A stretch of 64,000 bases of DNA from Candidatus Aenigmatarchaeota archaeon (GTDB lineage Archaea; Aenigmatarchaeota; Aenigmatarchaeia; GW2011-AR5), in NCBI GenBank assembly GCA_016187335.1, contig JACPJW010000001.1:736001-800000 (forward strand), in the 5' to 3' direction. Position numbers and translations under genes: made by a program. The first letter of the stretch is position 1. Every line of letters begins with the position of its first letter. The notes under the pieces are model-generated. The model saw only the letters and a program-made list of their open reading frames with translations, did not search any database and was not told the origin of the DNA. Below are positions 36,422-45,881 of this stretch, in pieces.

Positions 36422-36792
36422 GATAAACTATTTGGAAAATCCCTATATAAAACAATTCTTTCAGGCGAGGATTCAATAACCTTGTAGCCGGATTCTTTGC
36501 AAATAGGGACCAGTTTTCTCATCGTATGGCCGTCTGTGAATTCGACAAGATTCCTGAGGGGACCATGTTCCATTGCGAATATATCCAGAACGCTGAAAGA
36601 CACCCTGAGGAGATAAGGCCCTATTTCCTGTCCTTGTTCTAACGCTTCAATGTATGAAATGAACACCCGCCGCCCGTCCGGCTCTCTGCAGTCGGGATCG
36701 TGCGATATATTGCAATATCCAAGAACCCTTCCGTTTTCATGGGTGGTTAATCCTATAAATTCGTCGGATTCGATTTTCGCGACGTCAAGCAT
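36418..36792 (-). CDS. hypothetical protein (possibly GNAT-like)
   Basis: VFISYIEALEQGQEIG resembles an acetyl-CoA-binding segment; weak. Confidence 0.5.
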   Translation of the reverse strand: MLDVAKIESDEFIGLTTHENGRVLGYCNISHDPDCREPDGRRVFISYIEALEQGQEIGPYLLRVSFSVLDIFAMEHGPLRNLVEFTDGHTMRKLVPICKESGYKVIESSPERIVLYRDFPNSLS

Positions 36793-36909
36793 CTATCAAA
36801 AACTTCGCAAATCCTTAAAAATAGAATCACGGCACCCTTTGGCCAATGATAGTTGCTCTTACTTCTCATTGAAGGCCGGATGCCTTTTGTATCTTGACGG
36901 AAAGCATAT

Positions 36910-37212
36910 TTAAGCTTTCTTCAGGCGGTCTATCTTCTCTGCCATATCGAAGTCCATTTCTGTCAGGCCGCCTTCGTCGTGGGTTGTCAGCGATAATTCG
37001 ACTTTGTTGTAGCTTATCAGCATGTCCGGGTGGTGGTCGTTTTCCTCGGCTATTTCGGCTGTTTTGTTCGCGAACTTCATGGCCTCGCGAAAATCGTGGA
37101 AAACAAACTGCCTGGTTATCATGTTTCCTTCCAGCCGCCACCCATCAAGCTCGGAAAGCCTGTGCTGGATTTCTTTTTGCTCAAGCATCATTTCAGTCAC
37201 CACAGCCTGCAA
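36910..37212 (-). CDS. pterin-4a-carbinolamine dehydratase (second paralog)
   Basis: AEENDHHPDM, TTHDEGGLTEMDF. Confidence 0.92.
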   Translation of the reverse strand: MQAVVTEMMLEQKEIQHRLSELDGWRLEGNMITRQFVFHDFREAMKFANKTAEIAEENDHHPDMLISYNKVELSLTTHDEGGLTEMDFDMAEKIDRLKKA

Positions 37213-37271
37213 TTAGAATATCTGCGGAGAAGCAGGGTTTCTCCAGATTCCGGAAGGCTTTGTCTGGAAAA

Positions 37272-37382
37272 TTACTTCCGTTTTTTCTTGTACTTGCGCT
37301 CGAAGCCCTTCTTGTAGCCCTTGTACCTCTTCTTTTTCCGCTCGAAGGCTTCGTGCTTGTCGTAGTCCTGAATGAGGTTCAC
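37272..37382 (-). CDS. 36-aa basic small protein (not in ORF track)
   Basis: MNLIQDYDKHEAFERKKKRYKGYKKGFERKYKKKRK, host-like codon use, internal FERK repeat. Confidence 0.55.
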   Translation of the reverse strand: MNLIQDYDKHEAFERKKKRYKGYKKGFERKYKKKRK

Positions 37383-37594
37383 CTTTCATAAATTATTATT
37401 CTTGCATGTCATTTAAGCTTTTTTGACACTTCCAGAACTTCCCTGCCATGTTCTTCTGGAACGACTTTCGGGAAAACGTGCGCGATTCTGTCGTCTTTCC
37501 CCAAAATCCTGCCATTATTTGCCACATAAATCACTAAATAGCAATTACATTAACTTTAAAAACGCTTATATACCACCCTATACCAAGCTTTATA

Positions 37595-40500
37595 ATGCGC
37601 AAGGCGTTCGTAATTGGCTTATTTCTTGTTCTGCTCTCTTCTATTGCCATTGCTCAAACGCTGAAGGGCGTCAATGAAGCGTGCACAAGCGGAACCGAAT
37701 GCAAATCAGGCTTCTGCGTCGCAACTAATGCAGAGGTTACGCAGGGAGTATGCGCTTCCACAACATCGCCGGCTTCAACGGCGTCGCCGTGCGTTGACGG
37801 GCCTGTGCCTTTGGCCGGGTGCAAATGCGGCGGCATCGCGATAGGCGCGGGCGCATGCAAAGGAGGCATTTTCTATTACCCGCCTTACCAGTCAGGCAAG
37901 GCTTTCGGCGAGTCCTGCACCGACGGCAACCAGTGCAGCACGGGCATTTGTTTCCTGGGTAAATGCGCTTACAGGACTTTGTGCACCTCCCAATCGCCCG
38001 GATACTGCGACACGCAGGATGACTGCCTTGCCGTATCCGGAAAATGGTGCACTTATGTATCCGGGGGCAGCAGCTGTTCTGTTTCATGCCCCACCTGCGC
38101 GTCTGATTACCTTTCGCAATGCGCAACACAAAGCAGCTGTACAGCCGTTGGCGGTTACTGGTGCAGCAACCAATGCTCCAGCGTGGCGTGCCCTTCACAA
38201 AGCGGTTCAACGAACCAATCAACGGATTTATGCTCAGGCGTGACATGCAATTCCCCGCCAAATTCGCAATGTTATTATTCTCCCGGAACATGCTCGGCTG
38301 GTTCTTGCTCTTACTCAAAAAAATCTGACGGCACCCCATGCGATGACAGCAATCCTTCCACAACAGGGGATAAGTGCACAAACGGCGTTTGTTCCGGAAC
38401 GCAGGCAAACGCAACCAATAAAGGGGCATGCATGGTAAGAGACGCTTACACCAGCACGCCTTTATTTTCAGCGCCTGATATCGGAAAAGGATATGCAAAG
38501 AATGCAAAGGATGCGAACACAATTGAGGGACTGAGAACCGCTTGCACAAAAACCGATTATGACGAGCTCTTGAAAAACTACTGCACGCAAAATTCAAACA
38601 CCGTGCAGCAGCAGGTTGTTGTCTACTATCCTGACGGAAACGCGTACAGTTCAGGCTGCGGCGCTTCCGGCTGCGATTTCTACTCGTGCTCGTCAACAAA
38701 TACTACAACACAAACAAACCAGACAGCATCATCCGACAATGGCGCGTGCGTTGTAAGAGACAGCTACACGAGCCTGCCGCTTTATACGGATCCTGACTTG
38801 GGCAAAGGATACGCGAAGAAAACAAAAGGCGGCATCAATACTATTGACGGCTTGAAAACAGCGTGCACAAAGGCTGACTACGATGACCTGCTGCAGAAAT
38901 ATTGCGCGCAAAACAACAGGTCTGTCCAGCAGGGGGTTGTCACTTACGGTCCTGGCGGGGGGTGGTCAAGCAGCAGCTGCGGCGCATTCGGTTGTGAAGA
39001 CCATTCATGCCCTGCAGGATCGGGCAACGCAACGTCCACAACGATGCCGCCAACAAATGCAACCAATGCAACAAGACCATCCTGTCCTTCGTATTCCGTG
39101 CCTTCATGTTCTTCCGTCACTTACCTGAAAACAAATTACGACAGCCAGGGATGCGCTTATTACCAGTGCGTTTCATCAGCATCTCCATCAACGCCTGCTG
39201 CTTCAGGCAGTGGCGCTGGCGGAGGCGGCGGGGCAGGAGGATTGATATCAACATGCGCTCAAGTCATAACGCCCGCAATGGACGCTGCGGGCAACTGCAG
39301 GGAATATACAACATCTTGTCTGCCGCCGGGATGGAACAAGGTTGACAAATGCCCCGGACGGGCAAGCACATGCGGAAACGCCGTTTGCGAGCCGGGAGAA
39401 AGCTCTTTGACGTGCCCGGGCGACTGTAAGGGAAAATATCTTTGCGGCAATGGCCTTTGCGAGCCTGACATGGGAGAGTCTTATTTGAATTGTCCCCAGG
39501 ATTGCCAGCGTGCTGACTGCCCTGTGCATCAGGCGCCTGTTTGCGAAAGAGGGTTCGCGATGGCAGGACCTTTTGACGATAAAGGATGCAGGGGGCCGCC
39601 GACGTGCTGCGGCGACAGTGTGTGCAGCGGCGGAGAGAACTCACAGAACTGCCGGCAGGACTGCATAGGCGCTGAGCCTGACAGGATACAATGCCCGGAT
39701 GGAAGCTACGCTGCGTGCAAGGTGGATGCGCGCGGCGTGCGGTATTGCGAGCCGTGCAGGATTGTCAATCTGCCTGCCGGGTGCAGGCAGGAAGTTGAGA
39801 AGGAAACAGGCTTCGTGAAGGTTGTTTGTGAAAGCATACAGCGAATCTGCCCTTCGTTTTCAATGCCGCAGAACGCAAAACAGATATGCGAACAGAAAGG
39901 AGGAATTTTCAATATCAGGAAGGATTATAACGGATGCGAGTTTCCCGACTGCTCTTTCGGCGAAGTTTCATCCTCGCCTATTCCTGTCCTGAGTTTCAGG
40001 GCGGAAAGCAGATGCTTGATTGAAAGCAAGGAGCAGCGGGAAGCCAAAAAGCAGGAATGCGAGAAGCTTGGTCTTGGTTACGTTATTTCCGTTCAGGGAG
40101 AATGCAAGATTTCCAAGTGCGTGCCAAAGGAGCAGAAAAGCGGATGCCAGCCAATATCTGAGCAGCAGCAGAAAATTGAGAGCGAATGCAGGCAGCGTGG
40201 CTTAAGCGTTGTGAAAGATTTCGACCAGAGCGGCTGTGCTGTATTGAAATGCGGAGAAATTTCGCAATGCTTCAAAGACCTTCCAACGGAAGCCTACGAG
40301 AAATGCGGCTCGCAGGGCGGCGAGCTGGTTATAAGAAGGAACGAGCAGGGATGCATCATGCTTTCGCAATGCATCCGGAAAGCGGATGTACGCCAGGCAT
40401 ACGTTGAGCCGATAGAAAAAATACCCGAATCAGCAGATATTCTTTCAATGGCATTCAAGATGGAAGAACTGAGAATAGAACTGGACAAGCTGGCAAAGAA

Positions 40501-41218
40501 GACAGATGATATTGCAAACTATTATGCGTCGGCAAATTCACCGGATGAGGGACGTTACAGGAGAGTTTCAAACATGTTCTCGGCAGCGAAAAGCAAGGTT
40601 GATGAGATAAAAGACAAGCTGCGCAATGTCGCCCAGAAAACCAACCCAACCGAAGATGACCTGATAGAAGTGAAGCGCGATGTCAGGTACATAAAAGACG
40701 TCATGATGAAGGATGCGATCTACGTTATGCTGAGTTCCAGCGACGACGTGAAGAGCATAAAAGAATCGCAAGCCGTTAAAGTAGGCGACAAGTTCGAGGA
40801 AGTAAATATTACAGACGACACCAACTGCGGTTCCGACAACAGCTGTTTCGACAGGGCTTTCAGGCTGTGCAAGAAAGTCGTATTCTATCCGGAAGGCAAG
40901 CAGGGGTCCAAGGTGGAAATAAGAGGGCTTGAAGGCGACGCGTGCATAATGTACGCGGTCACACCGGATACAGGAGAACTGCCGCCTGAAATTGTAAAAG
41001 AAATCAAGCCGCCTTACGACATGACGTGCAGGATAAAGAACTACGCCTTGGGAATGCAAATTACCGAAAAAGATATACTTTCCAACTGCGAGGGACCAAT
41101 GGTTGAACTTACGAAAAAGTTCAAGGAACAGGGCGGAGTGCAAGAAGAACTTTCTAAGCCTGCGCCAGCTGCAATAGCCGCACCGCCGCCTGCAGCGCAG
41201 TCAACGGCCAGAGGGTAA
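37595..41218 (+). CDS. large secreted cysteine-rich multi-repeat surface protein
   Basis: Signal peptide; duplicated ~90-aa domain; CGNAVCEPGES/CGNGLCEP repeats; S/T/G linkers; helical C-terminal block. Confidence 0.85.
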   Translation: MRKAFVIGLFLVLLSSIAIAQTLKGVNEACTSGTECKSGFCVATNAEVTQGVCASTTSPASTASPCVDGPVPLAGCKCGGIAIGAGACKGGIFYYPPYQSGKAFGESCTDGNQCSTGICFLGKCAYRTLCTSQSPGYCDTQDDCLAVSGKWCTYVSGGSSCSVSCPTCASDYLSQCATQSSCTAVGGYWCSNQCSSVACPSQSGSTNQSTDLCSGVTCNSPPNSQCYYSPGTCSAGSCSYSKKSDGTPCDDSNPSTTGDKCTNGVCSGTQANATNKGACMVRDAYTSTPLFSAPDIGKGYAKNAKDANTIEGLRTACTKTDYDELLKNYCTQNSNTVQQQVVVYYPDGNAYSSGCGASGCDFYSCSSTNTTTQTNQTASSDNGACVVRDSYTSLPLYTDPDLGKGYAKKTKGGINTIDGLKTACTKADYDDLLQKYCAQNNRSVQQGVVTYGPGGGWSSSSCGAFGCEDHSCPAGSGNATSTTMPPTNATNATRPSCPSYSVPSCSSVTYLKTNYDSQGCAYYQCVSSASPSTPAASGSGAGGGGGAGGLISTCAQVITPAMDAAGNCREYTTSCLPPGWNKVDKCPGRASTCGNAVCEPGESSLTCPGDCKGKYLCGNGLCEPDMGESYLNCPQDCQRADCPVHQAPVCERGFAMAGPFDDKGCRGPPTCCGDSVCSGGENSQNCRQDCIGAEPDRIQCPDGSYAACKVDARGVRYCEPCRIVNLPAGCRQEVEKETGFVKVVCESIQRICPSFSMPQNAKQICEQKGGIFNIRKDYNGCEFPDCSFGEVSSSPIPVLSFRAESRCLIESKEQREAKKQECEKLGLGYVISVQGECKISKCVPKEQKSGCQPISEQQQKIESECRQRGLSVVKDFDQSGCAVLKCGEISQCFKDLPTEAYEKCGSQGGELVIRRNEQGCIMLSQCIRKADVRQAYVEPIEKIPESADILSMAFKMEELRIELDKLAKKTDDIANYYASANSPDEGRYRRVSNMFSAAKSKVDEIKDKLRNVAQKTNPTEDDLIEVKRDVRYIKDVMMKDAIYVMLSSSDDVKSIKESQAVKVGDKFEEVNITDDTNCGSDNSCFDRAFRLCKKVVFYPEGKQGSKVEIRGLEGDACIMYAVTPDTGELPPEIVKEIKPPYDMTCRIKNYALGMQITEKDILSNCEGPMVELTKKFKEQGGVQEELSKPAPAAIAAPPPAAQSTARG

Positions 41219-41235
41219 AAATAATCGGTGATTTT

Positions 41236-41463
41236 ATGACTGAAGCAACAAAGAAAGAAAAGTTTTCCGGCGGAAGAAAGTTGATTTCACTAATCGTTAT
41301 GCTTTTGCTCGTTGTTTCCGTGATTTTCGCCAGCGGCTGCGTATCGCAGCCGAAGACGACGATAAAGAGCGAGCGCGAAGTCGGCGAAGCCGTGACGAAC
41401 ATAAGCGGCGACGTGGAAGACGTCTCGCAGATACTCAACGACATAGACAGGAAGCTGGGATAA
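41236..41463 (+). CDS. small lipoprotein
   Basis: Hydrophobic segment ending ASGC. Confidence 0.65.
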   Translation: MTEATKKEKFSGGRKLISLIVMLLLVVSVIFASGCVSQPKTTIKSEREVGEAVTNISGDVEDVSQILNDIDRKLG

Positions 41464-41569
41464 TTTATCAGATCAGAAAGCTATTCATGCTGCAAAATTT
41501 ATTTCAAGAACATTGAAACTGCTGTCTTCAGAGACTCTAAGTTTCTGAAAGAAAACCTTTGGTTTCTCC

Positions 41570-41585
41570 GAGTTTTTGAAAAGTT
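41570..41585 (-). repeat. degenerate palindromic element copy at the IscA-like gene stop
   Basis: TGA|ACTTTTCAAAAACTCGG. Confidence 0.45.
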
Positions 41586-42151
41586 CACCTGAAGCTCTTC
41601 CCGCAGCCGCATGCTGAGCGCACGTTGGGATTGCTTATCTTGAATCCGGAGCCCTGCAGGGTTTCCACGTAATCCAGGGTCGAGCCGCCGAGATGCTCCA
41701 GGTCTGATTTGCTTATAAAGAATTCCACGCCCTGCACATCAAAAACCATGTCGCCCTCGACAGCGGTTTGCTCAAAATCCATAAGATATGTTAATCCGGA
41801 GCATCCGCCGGGAACAACGCCGACGCGCAGGCCCCACCCTTCCTTTCCGTCCTTTTGCATGAATTCCCTGGCCTTCATGGCGGCTCTTTCCGTAACAATA
41901 AAGCTCCTGTCTTCTGTTTTTTCCGGCTGGTTTTCAGCCAGGTGGTTCAGGTCTTCAACGAGCGCTGCCAGCTGCTCCTCGGGCATGCCGTGCCCCGATG
42001 CTCCCTGTTCTATTGTTTCGTAAAGTGACACTCCGCAGCCGAAGCAGTGCAGGCCGTGGCGAAGCATTATATCAATGGAAGCAGGGTATTTCCTGACCAG
42101 ATCGGCTATTACCATGTCCTTTGTTATTGTTGATGCCTGCATAATGATCAC
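41585..42151 (-). CDS. Fe-S assembly A-type carrier (IscA/HesB) fused to N-terminal DUF1858
   Basis: GLHCFGC; VVPGGCSG, NPNVRSACGCGKSF. Confidence 0.9.
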   Translation of the reverse strand: MIIMQASTITKDMVIADLVRKYPASIDIMLRHGLHCFGCGVSLYETIEQGASGHGMPEEQLAALVEDLNHLAENQPEKTEDRSFIVTERAAMKAREFMQKDGKEGWGLRVGVVPGGCSGLTYLMDFEQTAVEGDMVFDVQGVEFFISKSDLEHLGGSTLDYVETLQGSGFKISNPNVRSACGCGKSFR

Positions 42152-42207
42152 TTAATTTCTGTCAAAACTACTAAAACTTTATTTATGCCGCCTGCTCATT
42201 ATAGGAC

Positions 42208-42825
42208 ATGAGAAATATAAAAGCCATCATCTTCGACCTCGGGGGCGTCGTTATAGACTGGAGCGACGACATCGTCTATAGAAAAGCGGCAAAGATATCA
42301 GGAATTCGTTTCAAAAAGCTGCAAAAGGCCGCTGAAGACGAGATGGATTCGTTCTGCAAAGGAAAGATAACCGAGACGGAATTCTGGCGCCGCGCGCTGA
42401 GAAAAAGCGGGCATCCTAAGAATCATGTCTTGCTCAGGCTGGACAGGCTGTGGTACCATGAATACAGGAAAAGCGCCCGCCTGAACAGGGAAGTCATAAA
42501 GATAATCAGGAAAATACGCGCCAGATATAAGGTAGGCGTTATTTCCAACATTTCGCCTGTGCACGATGCTGTCAACAAAAAAAGAAGATATTACAGATAC
42601 ACGGACAACGAGGTTCTTTCGCATAAGGTGGGCATCATAAAGCCCGACCTGCGCATATACCGCATAGCCTTGAAGAAGCTCAGATGCGAGCCTTCGGAAT
42701 GCCTGTTCATTGACGACAAAATCAGAAATGTCAGAGGCGCACGCAAGGCTGGAATGAACGCCGCGCAGTTCAAAGACGCTGCCCGGCTGAAAAGGGATCT
42801 GAAGAGGTTTGGCATTGAAGTTTAG
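42208..42825 (+). CDS. HAD-family phosphatase
   Basis: IIFDLGGV, ISN, KPD, FIDD. Confidence 0.92.
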   Translation: MRNIKAIIFDLGGVVIDWSDDIVYRKAAKISGIRFKKLQKAAEDEMDSFCKGKITETEFWRRALRKSGHPKNHVLLRLDRLWYHEYRKSARLNREVIKIIRKIRARYKVGVISNISPVHDAVNKKRRYYRYTDNEVLSHKVGIIKPDLRIYRIALKKLRCEPSECLFIDDKIRNVRGARKAGMNAAQFKDAARLKRDLKRFGIEV

Positions 42826-42855
42826 GTTTTAATAATTAAGGCACTTAGCTAATTC

Positions 42856-43155
42856 ATGGAAAGAAGAATGCCCCTAGAAGAGCTTGTGGATTCTAAGGTT
42901 GCGCTTGCTGCTTACCGAATGGCTGGTGAAATAGGCAGGGTTTATGAACCCGAACTTATTGAAAGATGCAGCCAGTTGGAGTTAGAACCAGGATTAACAT
43001 TAAGCCCCCGCGATGTTTTTGCATCAGTCAGACGGCTTCAAATAAATAGATATTTGACGCCAGCTGAAGAAGAAGAATGGTATGTTGTTAACAAGAAAGA
43101 AATAGATCTGCACTGGGGCCTATTGAAAAGAAATAATTTGAAGCGGTTGTCTTAA
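42856..43155 (+). CDS. hypothetical protein
   Basis: 99 aa ORF filling the gap. Confidence 0.55.
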   Translation: MERRMPLEELVDSKVALAAYRMAGEIGRVYEPELIERCSQLELEPGLTLSPRDVFASVRRLQINRYLTPAEEEEWYVVNKKEIDLHWGLLKRNNLKRLS

Positions 43156-44282
43156 AACTCTGTCAAATCCGCCCGCTTAAGAGCTTCCTTTATCATTTCT
43201 CCTGTGTCCAGCTTGCTTTCTAATTCCTTTATCTTTTTTACTGCTGCTTTGGTTTCCGGATGCTTCGCGACGAGGAATGTGCAGCAGTCCTCGTAAGGGA
43301 TTATTGACGTCTTGTAAGTTCCTATGTGCTCGGCTGCTTCTATTATCTCCTGCTTGTTCATGCCTATGAGCGGCGCGAACACGGGGTAGCGCGCGGCTTC
43401 GTATACGGCGTTTATGTTCTCCAGGGTTTGCGACGCTACCTGGCCTATGTTGTCGCCCATGACAAAGCCTTTTGCGCCTTCCCTGCGCAATATCTCCTCG
43501 GCAATTTTCAGCATGAGACGGCGGTAGATGAGAATGCGGTAGCGCGGCGGCACATGCTTCACAAGCTCGGTTTGCAGTTCCAGGAACGGAACCATGTACA
43601 GTTTTGATTTTAACTGGAATCTGTTCAGTTCTTTGACGAGGTTTTCAATTTTCTTTTTCTTTGCCGCCTTAGCTTTTTCATCGTAGTTGTAGAAATGAAC
43701 AAAAACAACCTCGCATCCCCTTTTCATCAGCGAATAAGCCGCCACGGGCGAATCAATTCCTCCGGAAAGCAGGCAGACCACCTTTCCTGCTGTGCCCACA
43801 GGCAGGCCGCCTATGCCTCTGGCTTTCTCGGTGTAAACAAATGCCTGCTTGGGATCTATTTCTAGGTATACAGTCAGGCCCGGCTTGTTCAGTTTCACCC
43901 TCATCTTTGTGTGCGCAAGAACGTATTCGCCCAGTATGTTGTTCAGCTGCAGCGAGTTGTAGGGGAACTTCTTGTCGGAGCGGCTTGCATCTATGCGGAA
44001 CGTTTTCGCCTTGCTTTTCTTTGCCACAGCAAGAACAGTGTCCTTTATTTCTTCCAGCTTCGGTTCGACAGAGCGGCAGAAAGAAAAATGGGCAATGCCT
44101 GGAATGTGCTGTAGGACAAGCCCGTTTTCTTTGCTGTGCGTTGCTTCGACAAGTATTTTCCCGTAAAGCCTTTCTGCTTTTGCATTCAGGGCCTTCCCGA
44201 TGTTTCTGACCAGCGTGTTTTCAAAGAACGGCCTGTTGTTGCCTTTGGTGCCGATTTCGGAGTAATGCACAAGAATGGACAT
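43152..44282 (-). CDS. thiI: tRNA 4-thiouridine synthase ThiI (THUMP + PP-loop, no rhodanese domain)
   Basis: YSEIGTKG.NR, LLSGGIDS, GQVASQT, EDCC. Confidence 0.95.
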   Translation of the reverse strand: MSILVHYSEIGTKGNNRPFFENTLVRNIGKALNAKAERLYGKILVEATHSKENGLVLQHIPGIAHFSFCRSVEPKLEEIKDTVLAVAKKSKAKTFRIDASRSDKKFPYNSLQLNNILGEYVLAHTKMRVKLNKPGLTVYLEIDPKQAFVYTEKARGIGGLPVGTAGKVVCLLSGGIDSPVAAYSLMKRGCEVVFVHFYNYDEKAKAAKKKKIENLVKELNRFQLKSKLYMVPFLELQTELVKHVPPRYRILIYRRLMLKIAEEILRREGAKGFVMGDNIGQVASQTLENINAVYEAARYPVFAPLIGMNKQEIIEAAEHIGTYKTSIIPYEDCCTFLVAKHPETKAAVKKIKELESKLDTGEMIKEALKRADLTEF

Positions 44283-44353
44283 GATTACACCAATAAGAAT
44301 GAAGTTTCAAAGAAACTTATATTCATTTCTTGAAAAGAAAGATTAAAAGGTAA

Positions 44354-44995
44354 TCATATCAATCTGCATAATCTTTCTAAAGTAATCAGCGATTGGGTAT
44401 CATTCGGAGACCCTAAGTTAAGATGAATGGATAAGGAACCCTTTCTATAAGCTTCAGGTACGCTTCGGTCGCTTCCTGTGTATTGTATATTCATCCTTGA
44501 ATATCTTGCTTCTGCTTGCGGCACTCGTTTTGTTGCTTTAATGTAAACTTTTAGTGGCAGAATTTCTCTCACAGGGTCTTTCATAACAAACGGGACGTCC
44601 AGTTCAAATCTGATAACACCTACTCTGCCTGTTTCTGTAGAGTATCTGAACCCCCCTTGGTGTAGTATTTTTCCCATTTCTTCAAATGCGGCAACATGCA
44701 AAGGTTGCGTTACTTTATGCAAATCTAACATTCCTAATGGCATTTGCGGCTGTTCTTCTCCATTATAGGCATGGCCGAAAGGCGGATATATCTGGGCATT
44801 ATAGCCCGACTGTAAGGAAAGTTGAGGTGCAAAAGATATGCAAGTGCTTCTTGCTACGTTTCCAACATGTATGTTCCATTCCAGGGGAGTTGTCTGAAGA
44901 GCATTGAGTATTTCTTTGACAACACCGTCATAATTACATTCTGGTATAACTATGGGTGGTTTTGTAACAACTTTAGTGTCCGATTCTACAGCCAT
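44354..44995 (-). CDS. hypothetical protein
   Basis: 213 aa ORF, no recognised motif. Confidence 0.6.
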   Translation of the reverse strand: MAVESDTKVVTKPPIVIPECNYDGVVKEILNALQTTPLEWNIHVGNVARSTCISFAPQLSLQSGYNAQIYPPFGHAYNGEEQPQMPLGMLDLHKVTQPLHVAAFEEMGKILHQGGFRYSTETGRVGVIRFELDVPFVMKDPVREILPLKVYIKATKRVPQAEARYSRMNIQYTGSDRSVPEAYRKGSLSIHLNLGSPNDTQSLITLERLCRLI

Positions 44996-45106
44996 AATGA
45001 TTGTAATTCATGTTAGAGATTTAAAGTAAAAGTCAAATATAACCGTGGTGGTATCGAAGTACAGGCTAATTACAATTCTTTTGGTTAAACTTTGGAGAAG
45101 CAAAGT

Positions 45107-45880
45107 TTACCTGAAATACTCCACGGCATTCCTGAATATCTTCATGCCGTCGCCTTCCCTTGGCAATGAGCCTTCTGCTTTCATTCTTGTCCATCTTGGG
45201 TGCAAAAAAGGATGAACATACGCTTCAGGATGGGGCATCATGCCGTATACCCTGCCAGAAGGGTCGCATATGCCCGCAACAGCGCGCATAGCGCCGTTGG
45301 GATTTTCGGGATAAGGAGGGCTGCTTTCACCGTTTCTTCCTACGTATCTTGCTACAACCAGATTTTCCCTTTCCAGCCTGTCAAGAATATCATCAGGAGC
45401 ATAAAACATTCCTTCGCCGTGGCGGACAGGCAGATATGTAGTGCCTTGCGTGAATACGCAGGGCGATCTTTCATTGACGGCAAGATAAACCCACCTGTCC
45501 TCGAACTTCCCTGAAGCGTTGTAAGTAAGCGTGACCAGCTGCTCAAAATCAGCATAAGGCAGAAGGCCGCTTTTCACAAGCGCCTGAAAACCGTTGCATA
45601 TGCCTAAAACAAGCCTGTCTCCTTCGATGAATTTTCTTAATTTGTCTTCTATCCTTCTTAGTTGCGTTGCAAAAACGCGCGCAGACGCTATGTCGTCGCC
45701 GTCAAGAAATCCGCCCGGGATAACGAAAATCTGGTAATTCAGGATATCAGCATCACCTGAAAGAACATCTCCTGTAAGAATGCGTTCAGCTTCTGCTCCA
45801 GCCCGTTCAAACGCATATTTCATTTCCAAATCCGTGTTCAGACCTCTTCCGGTCAGGACCAATGCTTTCGGTTTTGCCAT
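45107..45880 (-). CDS. purQ: FGAM synthase glutaminase subunit PurQ
   Basis: PGGF, GICNGFQ, RHGEG, MMPHPE. Confidence 0.95.
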   Translation of the reverse strand: MAKPKALVLTGRGLNTDLEMKYAFERAGAEAERILTGDVLSGDADILNYQIFVIPGGFLDGDDIASARVFATQLRRIEDKLRKFIEGDRLVLGICNGFQALVKSGLLPYADFEQLVTLTYNASGKFEDRWVYLAVNERSPCVFTQGTTYLPVRHGEGMFYAPDDILDRLERENLVVARYVGRNGESSPPYPENPNGAMRAVAGICDPSGRVYGMMPHPEAYVHPFLHPRWTRMKAEGSLPREGDGMKIFRNAVEYFR

Positions 45881-45881
45881 G

